DNA of 64,000 nt from Cyanophyceae cyanobacterium (GTDB taxonomy: Bacteria > Cyanobacteriota > Cyanobacteriia > Cyanobacteriales > JBHJGN01), in contig JBHJGN010000022.1 in assembly GCA_050331735.1 (NCBI GenBank), positions 72,858 to 136,857 on the forward strand, in the 5' to 3' direction. A program made the translations under genes and the position numbers. Under the pieces are notes generated by a model, which worked only from the letters and a program-made list of their open reading frames with translations, was not told where the DNA came from and ran no database searches. Numbering within the stretch: position 1 is the first letter of the stretch; every line of letters starts with the position of its first letter. Of this stretch, positions 1 to 11,285 are shown piece after piece.

Positions 1-55
1 CGCTATGAGCTTGTACCGAAGAGCTGATTGCTAGAGCAATCTGCCTATCCATCTA

Positions 56-1465
56 TTACTCCTCCTCGACATCTTTGAGCTGAAGGAGAGTGGCCAGACC
101 TGTTGCTTGCAGCATTTCATCAAAGGTATCTGGCTGTGCTAACTTAAGCGCCAACAAGCCGGTACTCATTAACACCAGAATGGCAACTCCACTTCCAAGC
201 CACTGTCCTACGGCTGTGTTTTTTTTGGCCGTTTGATGATGGTTGAAGAGTTCATCGGTTAACCACTGGGTTGTGGCTTTGAAGTTGTGTACCGAGTTAG
301 GCAATAGCTCTAGATACGTCCCTTGACGAATCAGGTGACCGACCTGACCAGAGACGATCAGGCGGTCAAACAAATTGGCGGCTCCTTCTCCAAGTCCGAG
401 CTTCATTAAAGTTCCCCTCAGATGCACAGAGGCGGGCTTCAGGGGCTTTCCTTTGGCCAGGGCTGCCAGATTGTGAGCGATCGCCGCTCCCTGCTGATAG
501 GCCACCTGGGCAGTGGCTGGCAGGTGGGCATCGCAATAGGCACAGTCTCCTGCCGCGAAGACCTCGGGGAAGTCGGGAAGCTGCAAAGTTGGAGTAACCT
601 GCAACCGTCCAGTGCGATCGCGGCGGTCTTGAGAAACGGGTAGTTCCTCAATCAGTGGATTGACGGTATTCCCGGCAGTCCAGATGGTGGTTGCACAGGG
701 CAGTTGTTGGCGCTGGCCGTTTTGTTCGTAGGCTACCCACTCCGGTGAAACGGCTTTCACAGCGGCTTTGAACTCTAACTCTACAGCAACTGTGCGTCTT
801 TGCATTGCTCTAACGGCTGTTTCCCGCAGATGAGAATTGATATCTCCTTTGAGAATTTCTTGAGAGCGGTTAAGAATCACAATGCGAATTTCTTGGGCAT
901 TGCCGCCCAGTTTGGCGTACCACTGCGGGAGTAAATCGGCAAGCGTTAGGGCCATTTCTACTCCGGCTGGACCCGCCCCGACAACGGCTACCGTCAGCAA
1001 AGCACGTCGCTCGGATTCAGATTGAGTTTGACTAGCCCGCTGTAGGCAGTTTCGCAGGTGTTGCTTAAGCTGCTGAGCATCCTCACTGCTCCGAAAAGGC
1101 ATGGAGTGCTCTGCGGCTCCTTCGGTATGGAAGTAGTTAGCAGTGCTGCCCAGGGCAAGGACCAAGTTGCTGTAGGAATAGCATAAGCCAGAAGCCAGTT
1201 TGACTTCATGTTTGGGCAGATCGATTTCTGTTACCCGATCCTGCACGTAAGCTATCCCGCTACAGGTCAACAGTTCTTCAAATCGGGGAGACACCTGATC
1301 CGTCGTCATCTCGACGCTCAGTAACTCGTACAGCAGTGGCTTGAAGACAAACCGCTCCGCTCGATCGATTAAGATCACGGGTCGAGGATAGCGCCTATGA
1401 CACAGGTGCAAAGCGGTGAACAACCCAGCAAAGCCTGCTCCTAAAATCACTGTTGGTTTAGTCAT
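56..1465 (-). CDS. Type-2 NADH dehydrogenase (NDH-2)-like NAD(P)/FAD oxidoreductase
   Basis: GAGFAG and GAGPAGVE dinucleotide-binding motifs, FAAGDCA, ATAQVAYQQG, C-terminal hydrophobic anchor. Confidence 0.85.
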   Translation of the reverse strand: MTKPTVILGAGFAGLFTALHLCHRRYPRPVILIDRAERFVFKPLLYELLSVEMTTDQVSPRFEELLTCSGIAYVQDRVTEIDLPKHEVKLASGLCYSYSNLVLALGSTANYFHTEGAAEHSMPFRSSEDAQQLKQHLRNCLQRASQTQSESERRALLTVAVVGAGPAGVEMALTLADLLPQWYAKLGGNAQEIRIVILNRSQEILKGDINSHLRETAVRAMQRRTVAVELEFKAAVKAVSPEWVAYEQNGQRQQLPCATTIWTAGNTVNPLIEELPVSQDRRDRTGRLQVTPTLQLPDFPEVFAAGDCAYCDAHLPATAQVAYQQGAAIAHNLAALAKGKPLKPASVHLRGTLMKLGLGEGAANLFDRLIVSGQVGHLIRQGTYLELLPNSVHNFKATTQWLTDELFNHHQTAKKNTAVGQWLGSGVAILVLMSTGLLALKLAQPDTFDEMLQATGLATLLQLKDVEEE

Positions 1466-1558
1466 AAAAACTTAGGATTTCTCCAGTATTCTGTATCAGA
1501 ATCTATAACAAGGAAAATTATAGAAACAACTGATTCAGAGCAAAAAATAGTTTGACAG

Positions 1559-1582
1559 ATAGGCAAACTAATAGTTGCCTAT
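1559..1582. promoter_or_regulatory. Inverted repeat upstream of NDH-2, candidate operator
   Basis: ATAGGCAA-ACTAATAG-TTGCCTAT, perfect 8-bp arms about 95 bp upstream of the start. Confidence 0.35.
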
Positions 1583-2478
1583 TAGTATGAGAACTGAAGA
1601 CAGATTTGACTACCCTAAATTAGGAATTTAAGGATAAATTTATGACCTGCTGTTAGCTTAAGCTGGCAAGCTTCCTGTTTTTAGGTATAGGTTTGGCACT
1701 CAATTTTTCTGACAAATATTGTGATATTCCAGCGATAGAGCCAGGAAAATCAAACAAATTAGCAGCCCCTCGAACCTTAGCGCTATCTTGCCGCTCTTAG
1801 CCAGATAAAATTTGTTGTTCTTGCCGTTTTGTGTTTTTTTTGCTTTTGGAAAGTATGACTTTTATTAAGAGAGGTGTAGCAAATAATTCCCCTGTAAACT
1901 ACAATACCTTCAAGAAGCGTATTGATCGCATTGATACGTTTTCTCCCCTTGCTATTTTGTCAGCCGATGGATAACGATAGCCAAAAAGTTTAGAACAGTA
2001 AATCAGTCTGAAAGCTAGTTCGGCAAATCAATATACTTCCAAGTTCTAATGCTGCGGTCACAATTAAAGTCGCCCGAGCTTTTTGTGCTTGTCGAGTCTG
2101 AAGCTAGGTTGGCTTATCTCAGTTAAGAACGCTGAGAAGGAACCTCTATCTAGCTGCTCTAGCACCTGCTGCGCCCAATTAGCTTGTTACTTTTACTTTA
2201 TTTTACAAAATATTAAGCAGATTTCAAAAGTATTAGCTGTAGATTTTAGAACAGTTTCAAAAAATAATCTTATTAAATATTTTCCTAATCTTTTCTGTAC
2301 AAGTCAACCTGTTTTTAGATAGTCTCTCAAACAGTTACAAGTATAAAAGCTAGATAGCAAAAAATATTTCTCTGCTGGCATTTTGTCCAGTCAATCTGTT
2401 TTGTCTGTGTCTACCAGTAAGGCGTGTTTTCAGAGAGATATGCCTAGTGATGAGTCTATCGCAATCAGGAGAAAAAGC

Positions 2479-2826
2479 ATGAAACGAATCATAGCTGCAG
2501 GATGTGGAGCTCTCAGTCTCGGTTTTTCTACAGCCGTGTTTGCTTTAGAAGCTCAGCGTTCTGACAGTGTTCTTGTCGCCCGTCAGAATTCAGAAGTAAC
2601 TCCCTATAGTTTAGTAAGTAGCGGCTATCAAGGTTTTTTAAAATCCCAGGGAATTCCCTCTGCCTCTACCTTTATTACCGGTATTAAAGCAAATAAAGTA
2701 ACAGCTACTAGCTTAATTAATGCCGGAATTGCGATGGGAAGACTATCTGAAAATAAACTCGATGATCGCACTTACGTTATTGCCGTTAGCCGTTTACTCG
2801 ATAATTTAGCTAGTTCTTCCAACTAA
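2479..2826 (+). CDS. Secreted hypothetical protein
   Basis: AGGAGA RBS before ATG 2479 (the ORF-track start at 2383 is probably too long); signal-peptide-like N-terminus MKRIIAAG...AVFA; YQGFLKSQGIPS motif. Confidence 0.65.
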   Translation: MKRIIAAGCGALSLGFSTAVFALEAQRSDSVLVARQNSEVTPYSLVSSGYQGFLKSQGIPSASTFITGIKANKVTATSLINAGIAMGRLSENKLDDRTYVIAVSRLLDNLASSSN

Positions 2827-3032
2827 TGCTTTTCCCAAAAATTTAAGCTTTGTTTTCAATGAGGGCCATCCGCGCGAGACGAGATTGGGGATGGAGGACT
2901 GCCAAAGCACGTTCCTAGCAATCAGCTCAAGCCTTTGCCAAGGGGAAGAAAACTGAAGTGGTCAATTTGCGTTGACCGATAGATTTTAGGTCAATGTTGC
3001 TCAACAGCTTGTTTTTAATTTAGGAGAGACTA

Positions 3033-5879
3033 ATGAGTCGCCTGCAAACATTACAAAATTACGGCCAGTCCGTCTGGCTAGACTATATTCGACGGAGTTC
3101 TATTGTCAGTCATGAAATAGAGCGATTAATCAGCGAAGATGGCTTAAAGGGGGTGACCTCAAATCCCGCTATCTTTGAAAAGGCCATTGGGGGCAGTACA
3201 GACTACGATACGGCTCTTTCTACTCTAGAAAAAGACCGCGATCGCGAGGCGATGGCGCTCTATGAGCAGTTAGCCATCGAAGACATTCAGGCAACGGCGG
3301 ATATTCTTAAGCCCGTCTACGAAGAAACCAATCGTCGGGATGGGTACGTCAGCTTGGAAGTCTCGCCGTATTTGGCTAACGACACCGAACGCACTATTTT
3401 AGAGGCGCGTCGGCTGTGGGAAGCAGTCGGACGGGAAAACCTGATGGTGAAAATCCCGGCAACCGATGCGGGGATTCCGGCGATTCGGCAAGCGATCAGC
3501 GAGGGGATTAACGTCAATGTAACTCTGCTATTTGACCGGGCATATTACGAGCGGGTTGCCGAGGCCTACATCGGCGGACTCGAAGCCTACGCTCAATCCG
3601 GTGGCGATGTGTCGCGGGTAGCGAGCGTAGCGAGTTTCTTCATCAGCCGCATTGATAGCAGCGTAGATAGTTTAATCAACGACAAACTCAAGCAGACCAC
3701 TGACCCCCAGGAAAAGGAGATTTTAGAAAGCCTGTTGGGGAAAGTGGCGATCGCCAACGCCAAGCTGACCTATCAGTATTCGCAACACCTCTATCAAAGC
3801 GATCGCTGGCAAAAGCTCGCCGCTCAAGGCGCTCAGCCGCAGCGGTTGCTGTGGGCCAGTACGGGAACCAAAAATCCTCAGTACAGCGATGTACTGTATG
3901 TCGAAGAACTAATCGGTTCTGACACCGTTAATACCGTTCCCCCGGCGACATTTTCGGCCTTCCGCGATCATGGCGAATCCCGCTCTAGCTTAGCGGAAAA
4001 CGTGGCCGAGGCGGAGGAAGTGATTACTAACTTAGCCAAGGTCGGCATTTCTTTGAGCGAAGTGACCACAAGCCTGCTCAATAAAGCCGTACAGCTCTTT
4101 GCGGAAGCTTTTGATAAGCTCCTCAGCACCATCGAGAAGAAACGCGAGGCGGTGTTAGCCGATGACCTCGATTGCTTAACCTATCAACTGCCCGAAGACC
4201 TGACCCAGAAAGTTCAGGACTCCTTAGTAGAGTGGCGCAAAGCGGGCAAAATTCGCCGTCTGTGGGACCGCGATGCCTCTTTGTGGACCAATGAAGACGA
4301 AAACCGCTGGTTAGGCTGGCTCTGTACCACCGAAGACCAGTTAGGACACATTGAGCGACTCCAGCAGCTCGCGGAAGAAAGCAAGCAGTTTAAGTACGTT
4401 CTCTTGCTCGGCATGGGCGGCTCTTCCCTTTGTCCAGAAGTGATGAAGCTGACCTTTGGCCGAGTGTTAGGGGCTCCCGAACTGCTGATTCTTGACTCTA
4501 CCGATCCGGCGCAGGTTAAGACGGTTGAAGCGCAGATTGAGCTCACCAAAACGTTATTTATCGTTTCCAGTAAGTCGGGCAGTACCCTAGAGCCCAACAT
4601 CTTCAAGCAGTATTTCTTCGACCGCCTCAGTCAAATTGTCGGTGCCGAGGCGGCGGGTCAGCAGTTTATTGCCGTTACCGATCCGGGGTCCAAGCTTGAG
4701 AAAGTAGCAAAAGCAGATCACTTTCGCCATATCTTCTACGGCATTCCCAGCATTGGCGGTCGCTACTCGGCCCTGTCTAACTTTGGCATGGTTCCGGCGG
4801 CAGCAATGGGCGTGGATGTGGCTAAGCTATTAGATCTCGCGGAGGAGATGGTGCATTCCTGTGCGCCTTCGGTTCCCGCAGAAGACAACGCTGGCGTGGT
4901 GCTCGGAACGATTCTTGGTGTCTTGGCTAATGAGGGACGCGATAAAGTTACCCTAATTACGTCTCCCGGCATTGGCGATCTCGGAGCTTGGCTCGAGCAG
5001 CTCCTCGCTGAATCCACCGGTAAGCAAGGAAAAGGACTGATTCCGGTCGATCTCGAACCTCTGGGAGCACCGGAGCAATACGGCAGCGATCGCCTGTTTG
5101 TCTACGCGCGGCTAACGGCGGCTCCCGATCCTGAGCAGGATGCCGCTATCGAGAAACTCAAGCAAGCCGGACAGCCGGTGGTCAACATCTCCGTCAGAGA
5201 TCGCTATCACATCGCTCAGGAATTCTTCCGCTGGGAAGTGGCAACGGCAGTTGCCGGGTCGATTATTGGCATCAATGCCTTTAACCAACCCGATGTCGAA
5301 GCGAGTAAAATTGCCACGCGGGAACTCACCTCGGAGTACGAACAAACTGGAACCTTGCCTCCTGAGTCTCCGATTTTCAGCGAGTCTGGCATCCAGCTAT
5401 TTACAGATGATAACAACGCGGCCTTCTTAAACGAAACAGTCGGCAGCGAACCCAGTTTGTCTCAATACCTCCAGGCTCACCTCCAGCGACTCACCGCCGG
5501 AGACTACTTTGCGCTGCTGGCCTATATCGAAATGAACCAGCCGCATCAAGAGCAGCTACAGGCCATCCGTCAGTCAATCCGCGATCGCTTCAAGGTGGCC
5601 ACCTGCTTGGGCTTCGGTCCTCGCTTTCTCCACTCCACCGGACAGGCGTACAAAGGCGGACCCAACTCCGGAGTCTTCCTGCAAATCACCTGTGACGATG
5701 CCCTCGATCTCAGCGTACCCGGACAAAAATATAGCTTTGGAGTCGTCAAAGCCGCGCAAGCGCGAGGGGACTTCCAGGTATTAGGAGAGCGCCACCGCCG
5801 CGCTTTGCGAGTGCATCTTAGCAAGGATGTAGAAGCTGGACTGGCGACGTTGCAGCAGGCTATCGAGCAGGCGATCTAG
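3033..5879 (+). CDS. tal-pgi: Bifunctional transaldolase / glucose-6-phosphate isomerase
   Basis: GQSVWLD, GVTSNPAIF, MVKIP and NVTLLF (transaldolase) followed by GMGGSS, SKSGST, IGGRYS and QLLAESTGK (PGI); AGGAGA RBS. Confidence 0.95.
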   Translation: MSRLQTLQNYGQSVWLDYIRRSSIVSHEIERLISEDGLKGVTSNPAIFEKAIGGSTDYDTALSTLEKDRDREAMALYEQLAIEDIQATADILKPVYEETNRRDGYVSLEVSPYLANDTERTILEARRLWEAVGRENLMVKIPATDAGIPAIRQAISEGINVNVTLLFDRAYYERVAEAYIGGLEAYAQSGGDVSRVASVASFFISRIDSSVDSLINDKLKQTTDPQEKEILESLLGKVAIANAKLTYQYSQHLYQSDRWQKLAAQGAQPQRLLWASTGTKNPQYSDVLYVEELIGSDTVNTVPPATFSAFRDHGESRSSLAENVAEAEEVITNLAKVGISLSEVTTSLLNKAVQLFAEAFDKLLSTIEKKREAVLADDLDCLTYQLPEDLTQKVQDSLVEWRKAGKIRRLWDRDASLWTNEDENRWLGWLCTTEDQLGHIERLQQLAEESKQFKYVLLLGMGGSSLCPEVMKLTFGRVLGAPELLILDSTDPAQVKTVEAQIELTKTLFIVSSKSGSTLEPNIFKQYFFDRLSQIVGAEAAGQQFIAVTDPGSKLEKVAKADHFRHIFYGIPSIGGRYSALSNFGMVPAAAMGVDVAKLLDLAEEMVHSCAPSVPAEDNAGVVLGTILGVLANEGRDKVTLITSPGIGDLGAWLEQLLAESTGKQGKGLIPVDLEPLGAPEQYGSDRLFVYARLTAAPDPEQDAAIEKLKQAGQPVVNISVRDRYHIAQEFFRWEVATAVAGSIIGINAFNQPDVEASKIATRELTSEYEQTGTLPPESPIFSESGIQLFTDDNNAAFLNETVGSEPSLSQYLQAHLQRLTAGDYFALLAYIEMNQPHQEQLQAIRQSIRDRFKVATCLGFGPRFLHSTGQAYKGGPNSGVFLQITCDDALDLSVPGQKYSFGVVKAAQARGDFQVLGERHRRALRVHLSKDVEAGLATLQQAIEQAI

Positions 5880-6123
5880 CGACTGGCGAACGGCATGGAT
5901 GCAATGCTGGTTGCTCATTGTTGATGGTTCATCGACTACTGAGGGATGGACCATCACCAAGCAAAGCGATCGCCTTTCTTGGTGGGGTCGAGAGTTTTGA
6001 CTGTTTTCCTGCTTCAAAGCTCGTTCAAGCTAATTTTTCTTTGACCTCACCGCAGCCATTTTGTCCCCCGCATTGCCAGGTCTTTTTTGAAAATAACGCA
6101 TACATACTAATTAGGAGAAAAAC

Positions 6124-7107
6124 ATGGAAATTGGTGTTTTCGGCTTAGGTCGGATGGGAGCTAATATTGTGCGTCGCTTGATGCGACAAGAGCATCGCTG
6201 CGTTGTCTTTAACCGCACTCCCGATAAAGTCAAGCAATTAGAATCTGAAGGAGCATCTGGAGCTACGTCTCTAGAAGATTTGGTCAAACAACTCACGCCT
6301 CCTCGCGCTGTCTGGGTGATGGTTCCTGCCGGACAAGCCACCGAGCAAGCCGTTGTTCAGCTCGGCGAACTACTGGAAGCCGGAGATACCATTATTGACG
6401 GCGGGAATACCTACTTTAAAGATGACGTGCGCCGCGCTCAGTCTTTAAAAGAAAAAGGCATTCACTACGTCGATGTGGGAACAAGCGGCGGAGTCTGGGG
6501 CCTAGAGCGAGGCTACTGCATGATGATTGGTGGCGAAACCGAGGTCGTGCAGCATCTCGACCCGATTTTTAAAACTCTCGCTCCTGGAATCGGCGATATT
6601 CCCAGAACGCCGGGACGTGAGAGCCTCAACGGTGCTAGCGGCACGTCCGAAGATGGCTATCTGCACTGCGGCCCTGTGGGTGCCGGTCACTTTGTGAAGA
6701 TGGTGCACAATGGCGTCGAGTATGCATTGATGCAGGCTTACGCAGAAGGATTTGATATCTTCAAAAATGCCGCCTCGGAAGATCTGCCCGCAGAGTATCG
6801 CTATGACCTGAATATTGCTGACGTTGCTGAGGTGTGGCGACGCGGTAGCGTTGTCGGCTCCTGGCTGCTCGACCTCTCAGCGATGGCGCTGCTAGAAAAT
6901 CCCACCCTGTCTGACTACACCGGGTTTGTGCAGGATTCTGGCGAAGGACGCTGGACCATCATGGCCGCCATCGAAGAAGCGGTTCCCGTAGACGTTCTAT
7001 CGGCAGCTCTCTATACTCGCTTCCGTTCCCGCCAGGAGCATACCTTCGCCGAAAAAGCCCTGTCAGCCATGCGCTTTAAGTTCGGCGGACACACGGAGAA
7101 GAAGTAG
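6124..7107 (+). CDS. gnd: 6-phosphogluconate dehydrogenase, short type
   Basis: [42 protein letters not shown]; 327 aa. Confidence 0.95.
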   Translation: MEIGVFGLGRMGANIVRRLMRQEHRCVVFNRTPDKVKQLESEGASGATSLEDLVKQLTPPRAVWVMVPAGQATEQAVVQLGELLEAGDTIIDGGNTYFKDDVRRAQSLKEKGIHYVDVGTSGGVWGLERGYCMMIGGETEVVQHLDPIFKTLAPGIGDIPRTPGRESLNGASGTSEDGYLHCGPVGAGHFVKMVHNGVEYALMQAYAEGFDIFKNAASEDLPAEYRYDLNIADVAEVWRRGSVVGSWLLDLSAMALLENPTLSDYTGFVQDSGEGRWTIMAAIEEAVPVDVLSAALYTRFRSRQEHTFAEKALSAMRFKFGGHTEKK

Positions 7108-7275
7108 TCGCGTTCGCGACGGGGAAGGGGGAAAGGGAAAAATTGTCCCTTTCGGGACGGGTAAAGGGAAATCTGTCGCTCCGCGACGGTCAAAGAACAC
7201 AGGACTAAGGAATAGGCTGAATCATTACTTCCTTTCCCCCGTCCCCTTTTCCCTTTCCCCTGCGCCTAGCGGCGC
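7107..7275. repeat. Composite purine/pyrimidine-tract repeat with mini-hairpins
   Basis: GGGGAAAGGGAAA tracts interrupted by GTCGCGTTCGCGAC, GTCCCTTTCGGGAC and GTCGCTCCGCGAC; core AAGAACACAGGACTAAGGAATAGGCT; complementary TTCCCC arm. Confidence 0.85.
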
Positions 7276-7301
7276 TCTTATTGATTTATGGAAAGAAAAT
7301 T

Positions 7302-8858
7302 ATGGTACTTATTGGAAATAGAGCAACGACCGAGCAGCAGTCGGTTCAGATTGCCGATCCGTGCATTATTGTAATCTTTGGGGCGACTGGAGATCTTACC
7401 AAGCGCAAGCTGATTCCGGCTCTCTATAATTTAGCAACGAATAATCTGCTGCCGGAAGAATTTGCGGTGGTGGGCGTGGCTCGCAATGAGCTGAATACTG
7501 ATGCGTTCCGGGATAGAATGAATCAGGATTTTCAGGAATTTGCTCCGGCTAATGCCGATCAAAAGCTATGGGATTGGTTGGAAGCTAAAATTCACTATCT
7601 GCAAGGGGATTTCAAGAGCCCGGAAACCTATACCCAGTTAGCGAGTCTTCTTGCTCAGCTCGACCAGCAATACGGCACTCAGGGTAACTATCTCTACTAC
7701 CTAGCAACCGCTCCGAGCTTCTTTTGCAACATCGTTTCGCACCTTGGTAACGTGGGCTTGGCTCGGGAAGAGAACGGTCACTGGCGACGGGTGGTGATCG
7801 AAAAGCCGTTCGGGCAAGATTTGGCCTCGGCGCAGGCACTCAATCAGCAAATTACCGGTGTCCTTAACGAGTGCCAGATTTACCGCATCGACCACTATCT
7901 CGGGAAAGAAACAGTTCAGAACATTCTAGTATTTCGGTTTGGCAACGGTTTGTTTGAGCCGATTTGGAACTATCGCTATATCGACCACGTACAAATTACC
8001 GTGGCGGAAACCGTTGGTGTCGGCAGTCGCGCCGATTACTATGAAGGATCGGGAGCCATGCGGGATATGGTGCAAAACCACCTGTTCCAACTGCTGGCGA
8101 TGGTGGCGATGGAGCCGCCGATTTCCTTCGATGCGGATGCGGTACGGGATGAAAAATCAAAAGTGCTGCGCTCCATTCTGCCTTTTAGCGAAGCCGACGT
8201 GCTCAACTACGCCGTTCGCGGTCAGTACGGTGAGGGCTTAGTCGGGGGCAAAAAGGTTCCCGGATATCGCTCTGAATCGCGGGTAGACCCCAACTCCAAC
8301 ACCGAAACCTTCGCCGCTATGAAGTTGTCTATCGACAACTGGCGCTGGGCGAATGTCCCCTTCTATCTGCGCACCGGCAAGAGAATGGCAGAGCGAGTCA
8401 GCGAAATTGCCATTCAGTTTAAGCAGGTGCCCTCTCTGCTGTTCCGACAAACTCCTATCGAGCAGCTTACTCCTAACTTCTTAGTGCTGCGGATTCAGCC
8501 CAATGAAGGAATTACCTTGCAGTTTGGGGCCAAGGTTCCCGGACCAACGGTGCAGATGGGAACGGTGGGTATGGATTTCTGCTATGCCAATTACTTCCAC
8601 AGCACCCCCACCACTGGTTACGAAACGCTGATCTACGACTGCATGATTGGTGATGCTACTCTGTTCCAGCGTTCGGACAACGTTGAACTAGGCTGGAGCG
8701 TGGTTAAATCTACTCTAGATGTGTGGAATACTCTCCCCTACGGCAATTTCCCGAACTATGCCGCTGGTTCTTGGGGACCGGCTGAGGCCGAACAGCTACT
8801 CGCCCGCGATGGTCGTCAGTGGCGCACTATCAATCCGGCCTTCTGTAGCCTGAGCTAG
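7302..8858 (+). CDS. zwf: Glucose-6-phosphate 1-dehydrogenase
   Basis: [42 protein letters not shown] 7302 preferred over TTG 7281. Confidence 0.97.
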   Translation: MVLIGNRATTEQQSVQIADPCIIVIFGATGDLTKRKLIPALYNLATNNLLPEEFAVVGVARNELNTDAFRDRMNQDFQEFAPANADQKLWDWLEAKIHYLQGDFKSPETYTQLASLLAQLDQQYGTQGNYLYYLATAPSFFCNIVSHLGNVGLAREENGHWRRVVIEKPFGQDLASAQALNQQITGVLNECQIYRIDHYLGKETVQNILVFRFGNGLFEPIWNYRYIDHVQITVAETVGVGSRADYYEGSGAMRDMVQNHLFQLLAMVAMEPPISFDADAVRDEKSKVLRSILPFSEADVLNYAVRGQYGEGLVGGKKVPGYRSESRVDPNSNTETFAAMKLSIDNWRWANVPFYLRTGKRMAERVSEIAIQFKQVPSLLFRQTPIEQLTPNFLVLRIQPNEGITLQFGAKVPGPTVQMGTVGMDFCYANYFHSTPTTGYETLIYDCMIGDATLFQRSDNVELGWSVVKSTLDVWNTLPYGNFPNYAAGSWGPAEAEQLLARDGRQWRTINPAFCSLS

Positions 8859-9014
8859 GTGGGTAGGTGTCGTTGAAGAGACACAGGGGCCATCGAGGTG
8901 ACGGTCGGGAGTTGGGCTAAGGTTCAGCACAAGCAAAGTTAATTCCTTTCCCCCTGACCCTTTCCCCTCACATCAAAAATTCACTTCCCACTATTAATTA
9001 TTGGTTATCGAATC

Positions 9015-10025
9015 GTGAGCAAACAAGGAATAACGCTAAACCGCTATCTTTGGCAGCAGTACAAAGAAGCGAAGCTACCGCTCGATCTGTTGATGCTGCT
9101 AGAGCAGATGGCATTTGCGGGTAAAATTTTAGCCCGGGAAATCAGTCGCGCTGCGTTAGTTGGCAAACTGGGGCTGGTCGGCGAAAAGAACGCCACCGGC
9201 GATGCCCAGAAAAAACTAGATGTCTTCAGCAACCAGGTTGTTATCGACACTTTTACAGAGCTAGGATTGGTATCGGCGATCGCCTCTGAAGAACTCGATC
9301 AGGTAGAGTTCATCGACTGCGGCCAAGATACGCCCTATATCCTCTGCACCGATCCCCTCGACGGCTCTTCTAATACCGACACGGCGGGGTCTCTGGGGAC
9401 TATTTTTGGGATCTACCGTCGCCTCAGCCAAGGACCGTGCGGCACTGAGGCCGATGCGCTCCGGCCAGGGACTGAGTTAGTGACAGCGGGCTATATCCTC
9501 TATAGCACCAGCACGATCTTGGTATTTACCTGCGCTAACTCTGTTCAGGGCTTTACCCTCGATCCAGACTTGGGGGAGTTTCTGCTGTCTCACCCCGATA
9601 TGCGCTGTCCAGAAACCGGAAAAATCTACAGTGCCAACCTCAGCTACTCTCCGGAGTGGCATCCGCACCTCCAGCAGTACGTAGACTACTTAAGCGATCG
9701 CACCAACAAATCTCAGCCAACCTCGCTGCGCTACGCCGGGGCGTTAGTCGGCGATTTCCACCGCTGTTTGCTTCAGGGCGGGCTGTATTTCTATCCAGGA
9801 ACCGCTCAGCAGCCAGACGGAAAGCTACGCCTGCTCTACGAGTGCGCTCCTCTAGCGTTGGTCGCAGAACTCGCAGGCGGCAAAGCCAGCACTGGCCAGC
9901 AGCGCATTTTAGATCTCAAACCCGAGTCGATTCATCAGCGTGCGCCTCTGGCCATTGGCAGTACCGCTGCCGTCACTTTCTACGAACAATTTCTCAACTC
10001 TGGTCGCAGTGCTGCTGCCGCCTAA
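9015..10025 (+). CDS. fbp: Class 1 fructose-1,6-bisphosphatase
   Basis: QKKLDV, ASEE, DPLDGSSN, GKLRLLYE. Confidence 0.95.
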   Translation: MSKQGITLNRYLWQQYKEAKLPLDLLMLLEQMAFAGKILAREISRAALVGKLGLVGEKNATGDAQKKLDVFSNQVVIDTFTELGLVSAIASEELDQVEFIDCGQDTPYILCTDPLDGSSNTDTAGSLGTIFGIYRRLSQGPCGTEADALRPGTELVTAGYILYSTSTILVFTCANSVQGFTLDPDLGEFLLSHPDMRCPETGKIYSANLSYSPEWHPHLQQYVDYLSDRTNKSQPTSLRYAGALVGDFHRCLLQGGLYFYPGTAQQPDGKLRLLYECAPLALVAELAGGKASTGQQRILDLKPESIHQRAPLAIGSTAAVTFYEQFLNSGRSAAAA

Positions 10026-10071
10026 AGTCACAACCTACTTCATTGTCGTCAAGTTTCATTAGGAGTTATTC

Positions 10072-11022
10072 ATGAACACTCAAACCGTCAATAATATTCT
10101 GAGCTGGTACGGGAGCGACAATCCCGGTACGCTCACCAACTTAGCTCGTCTACTCAACCAGGGTCGTCTAGCCGGAACGGGTAAAATGGTCATTCTGCCC
10201 GTAGACCAGGGCTTTGAACACGGACCTGCTCGCAGCTTCGCCATGAACCCGGTCGCCTACGACCCCCGCTACCACTTTGAGCTGGCTATCGATGCTGGCT
10301 GTAGTGCTTACGCGGCTCCGCTTGGCTTCTTAGAAGCCGGTGCCAGAGAGTTTGCCGGAGAAATCCCGTTGATTCTCAAGGTCAACGACCACGACGTTCT
10401 CCTCAACGAGTCAGATCCCCATCAGGCGCTGACGGGCAGCATCAATGACGCGCTGCGCCTGGGCTGTGTGGGCATTGGCTTTACCATCTACCCCGGTTCT
10501 AGCCATCGCCTGGAGATGTACCAGCAAATCCGGGCCTACGCCGAAGAAGCGAAGCGCAACGGTTTAGTAGTGGTAATTTGGTCCTACCCGCGCGGTTCGG
10601 GCTTGAGTAAAGCGGGGGAAACAGCGATCGACATCACCTGCTACGCCGCTCATATCGCGGCTCAACTGGGAGCGCACATCATTAAAGTGAAGCTACCCAG
10701 CAAACATATCGAGCAGGAAGCCGCCCAGAAGATCTACGAATCCTCCCACATTCCCATCAACAGCCTGAGCGATCGCGTCCGCCATGTAGTGCAGTGTACC
10801 TTCAACGGTCGGCGCGTCGTCATCTTTTCTGGAGGAGCTGCCAGTCACGATGAGATGGTGCTTGAGCAGATTCGCGCCATCTACGATGGCGGCGGCTTTG
10901 GCTCTATTGTCGGTCGCAACTCCTTCCAAAGATCTAAGTCAGATGCCCTAGATCTGCTCAACAGAATGATGGATATCTACAGCGGACAGTTTGTTGCGTC
11001 TCCTTGTGCCTCTTTAGTGTAG
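10072..11022 (+). CDS. fbaB: Class I fructose-bisphosphate aldolase (FbaB/DhnA type)
   Basis: ILPVDQGFEHGP, WSYPRG, AQLGAHIIKVK, GRNSFQR. Confidence 0.92.
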   Translation: MNTQTVNNILSWYGSDNPGTLTNLARLLNQGRLAGTGKMVILPVDQGFEHGPARSFAMNPVAYDPRYHFELAIDAGCSAYAAPLGFLEAGAREFAGEIPLILKVNDHDVLLNESDPHQALTGSINDALRLGCVGIGFTIYPGSSHRLEMYQQIRAYAEEAKRNGLVVVIWSYPRGSGLSKAGETAIDITCYAAHIAAQLGAHIIKVKLPSKHIEQEAAQKIYESSHIPINSLSDRVRHVVQCTFNGRRVVIFSGGAASHDEMVLEQIRAIYDGGGFGSIVGRNSFQRSKSDALDLLNRMMDIYSGQFVASPCASLV

Positions 11023-11025
11023 GAA

Positions 11026-11262
11026 GCGCTCCTAGGCGCGGGGAAAGGGAAGCCGCGTTCGCGGCGGGGAAAGGGAAAATAGTTCCTACGGAACGGGGAA
11101 AGGGAAAATTGTCGCTCCGCGACGGGAAAAGAACACAGGAGCGAGGAACTGGCTGAGTCCCTCCTTTCCCCTGCGCCAGTGGCGCTTCCCCTTTTTCCGT
11201 TGCGGAGCAACTCCCCCCTTCCCCGTCGCGTGCTTCCTGCGGAAGAACTTCGTAAACGCGAC
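11026..11262. repeat. Composite purine/pyrimidine-tract repeat with mini-hairpins (longest copy)
   Basis: Four hairpins on the GGGGAAAGGGAA arm, core AAGAACACAGGAGCGAGGAACTGGCT, three hairpins on the TTCCCC arm. Confidence 0.85.
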
Positions 11263-11285
11263 AATTCACTCAACTATTTCAGACG

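Noticed and set aside
1955..2410. Half-matches to the 20-bp site (TTTTGTCAGCC, GTTTTGTCTG)
   Set aside because: Only one arm matches, in AT-rich DNA; not distinguishable from chance.
11026..11130. Regularly spaced repeats with variable inserts, superficially CRISPR-like
   Set aside because: The units are low-complexity purine tracts, the inserts are 13-14 nt self-complementary hairpins rather than unique spacers, and no cas genes are present.
10958..11273. Short ORFs over the repeats and many antisense ORFs nested in long genes
   Set aside because: They are translations of repeat DNA or shadows of well-supported genes.
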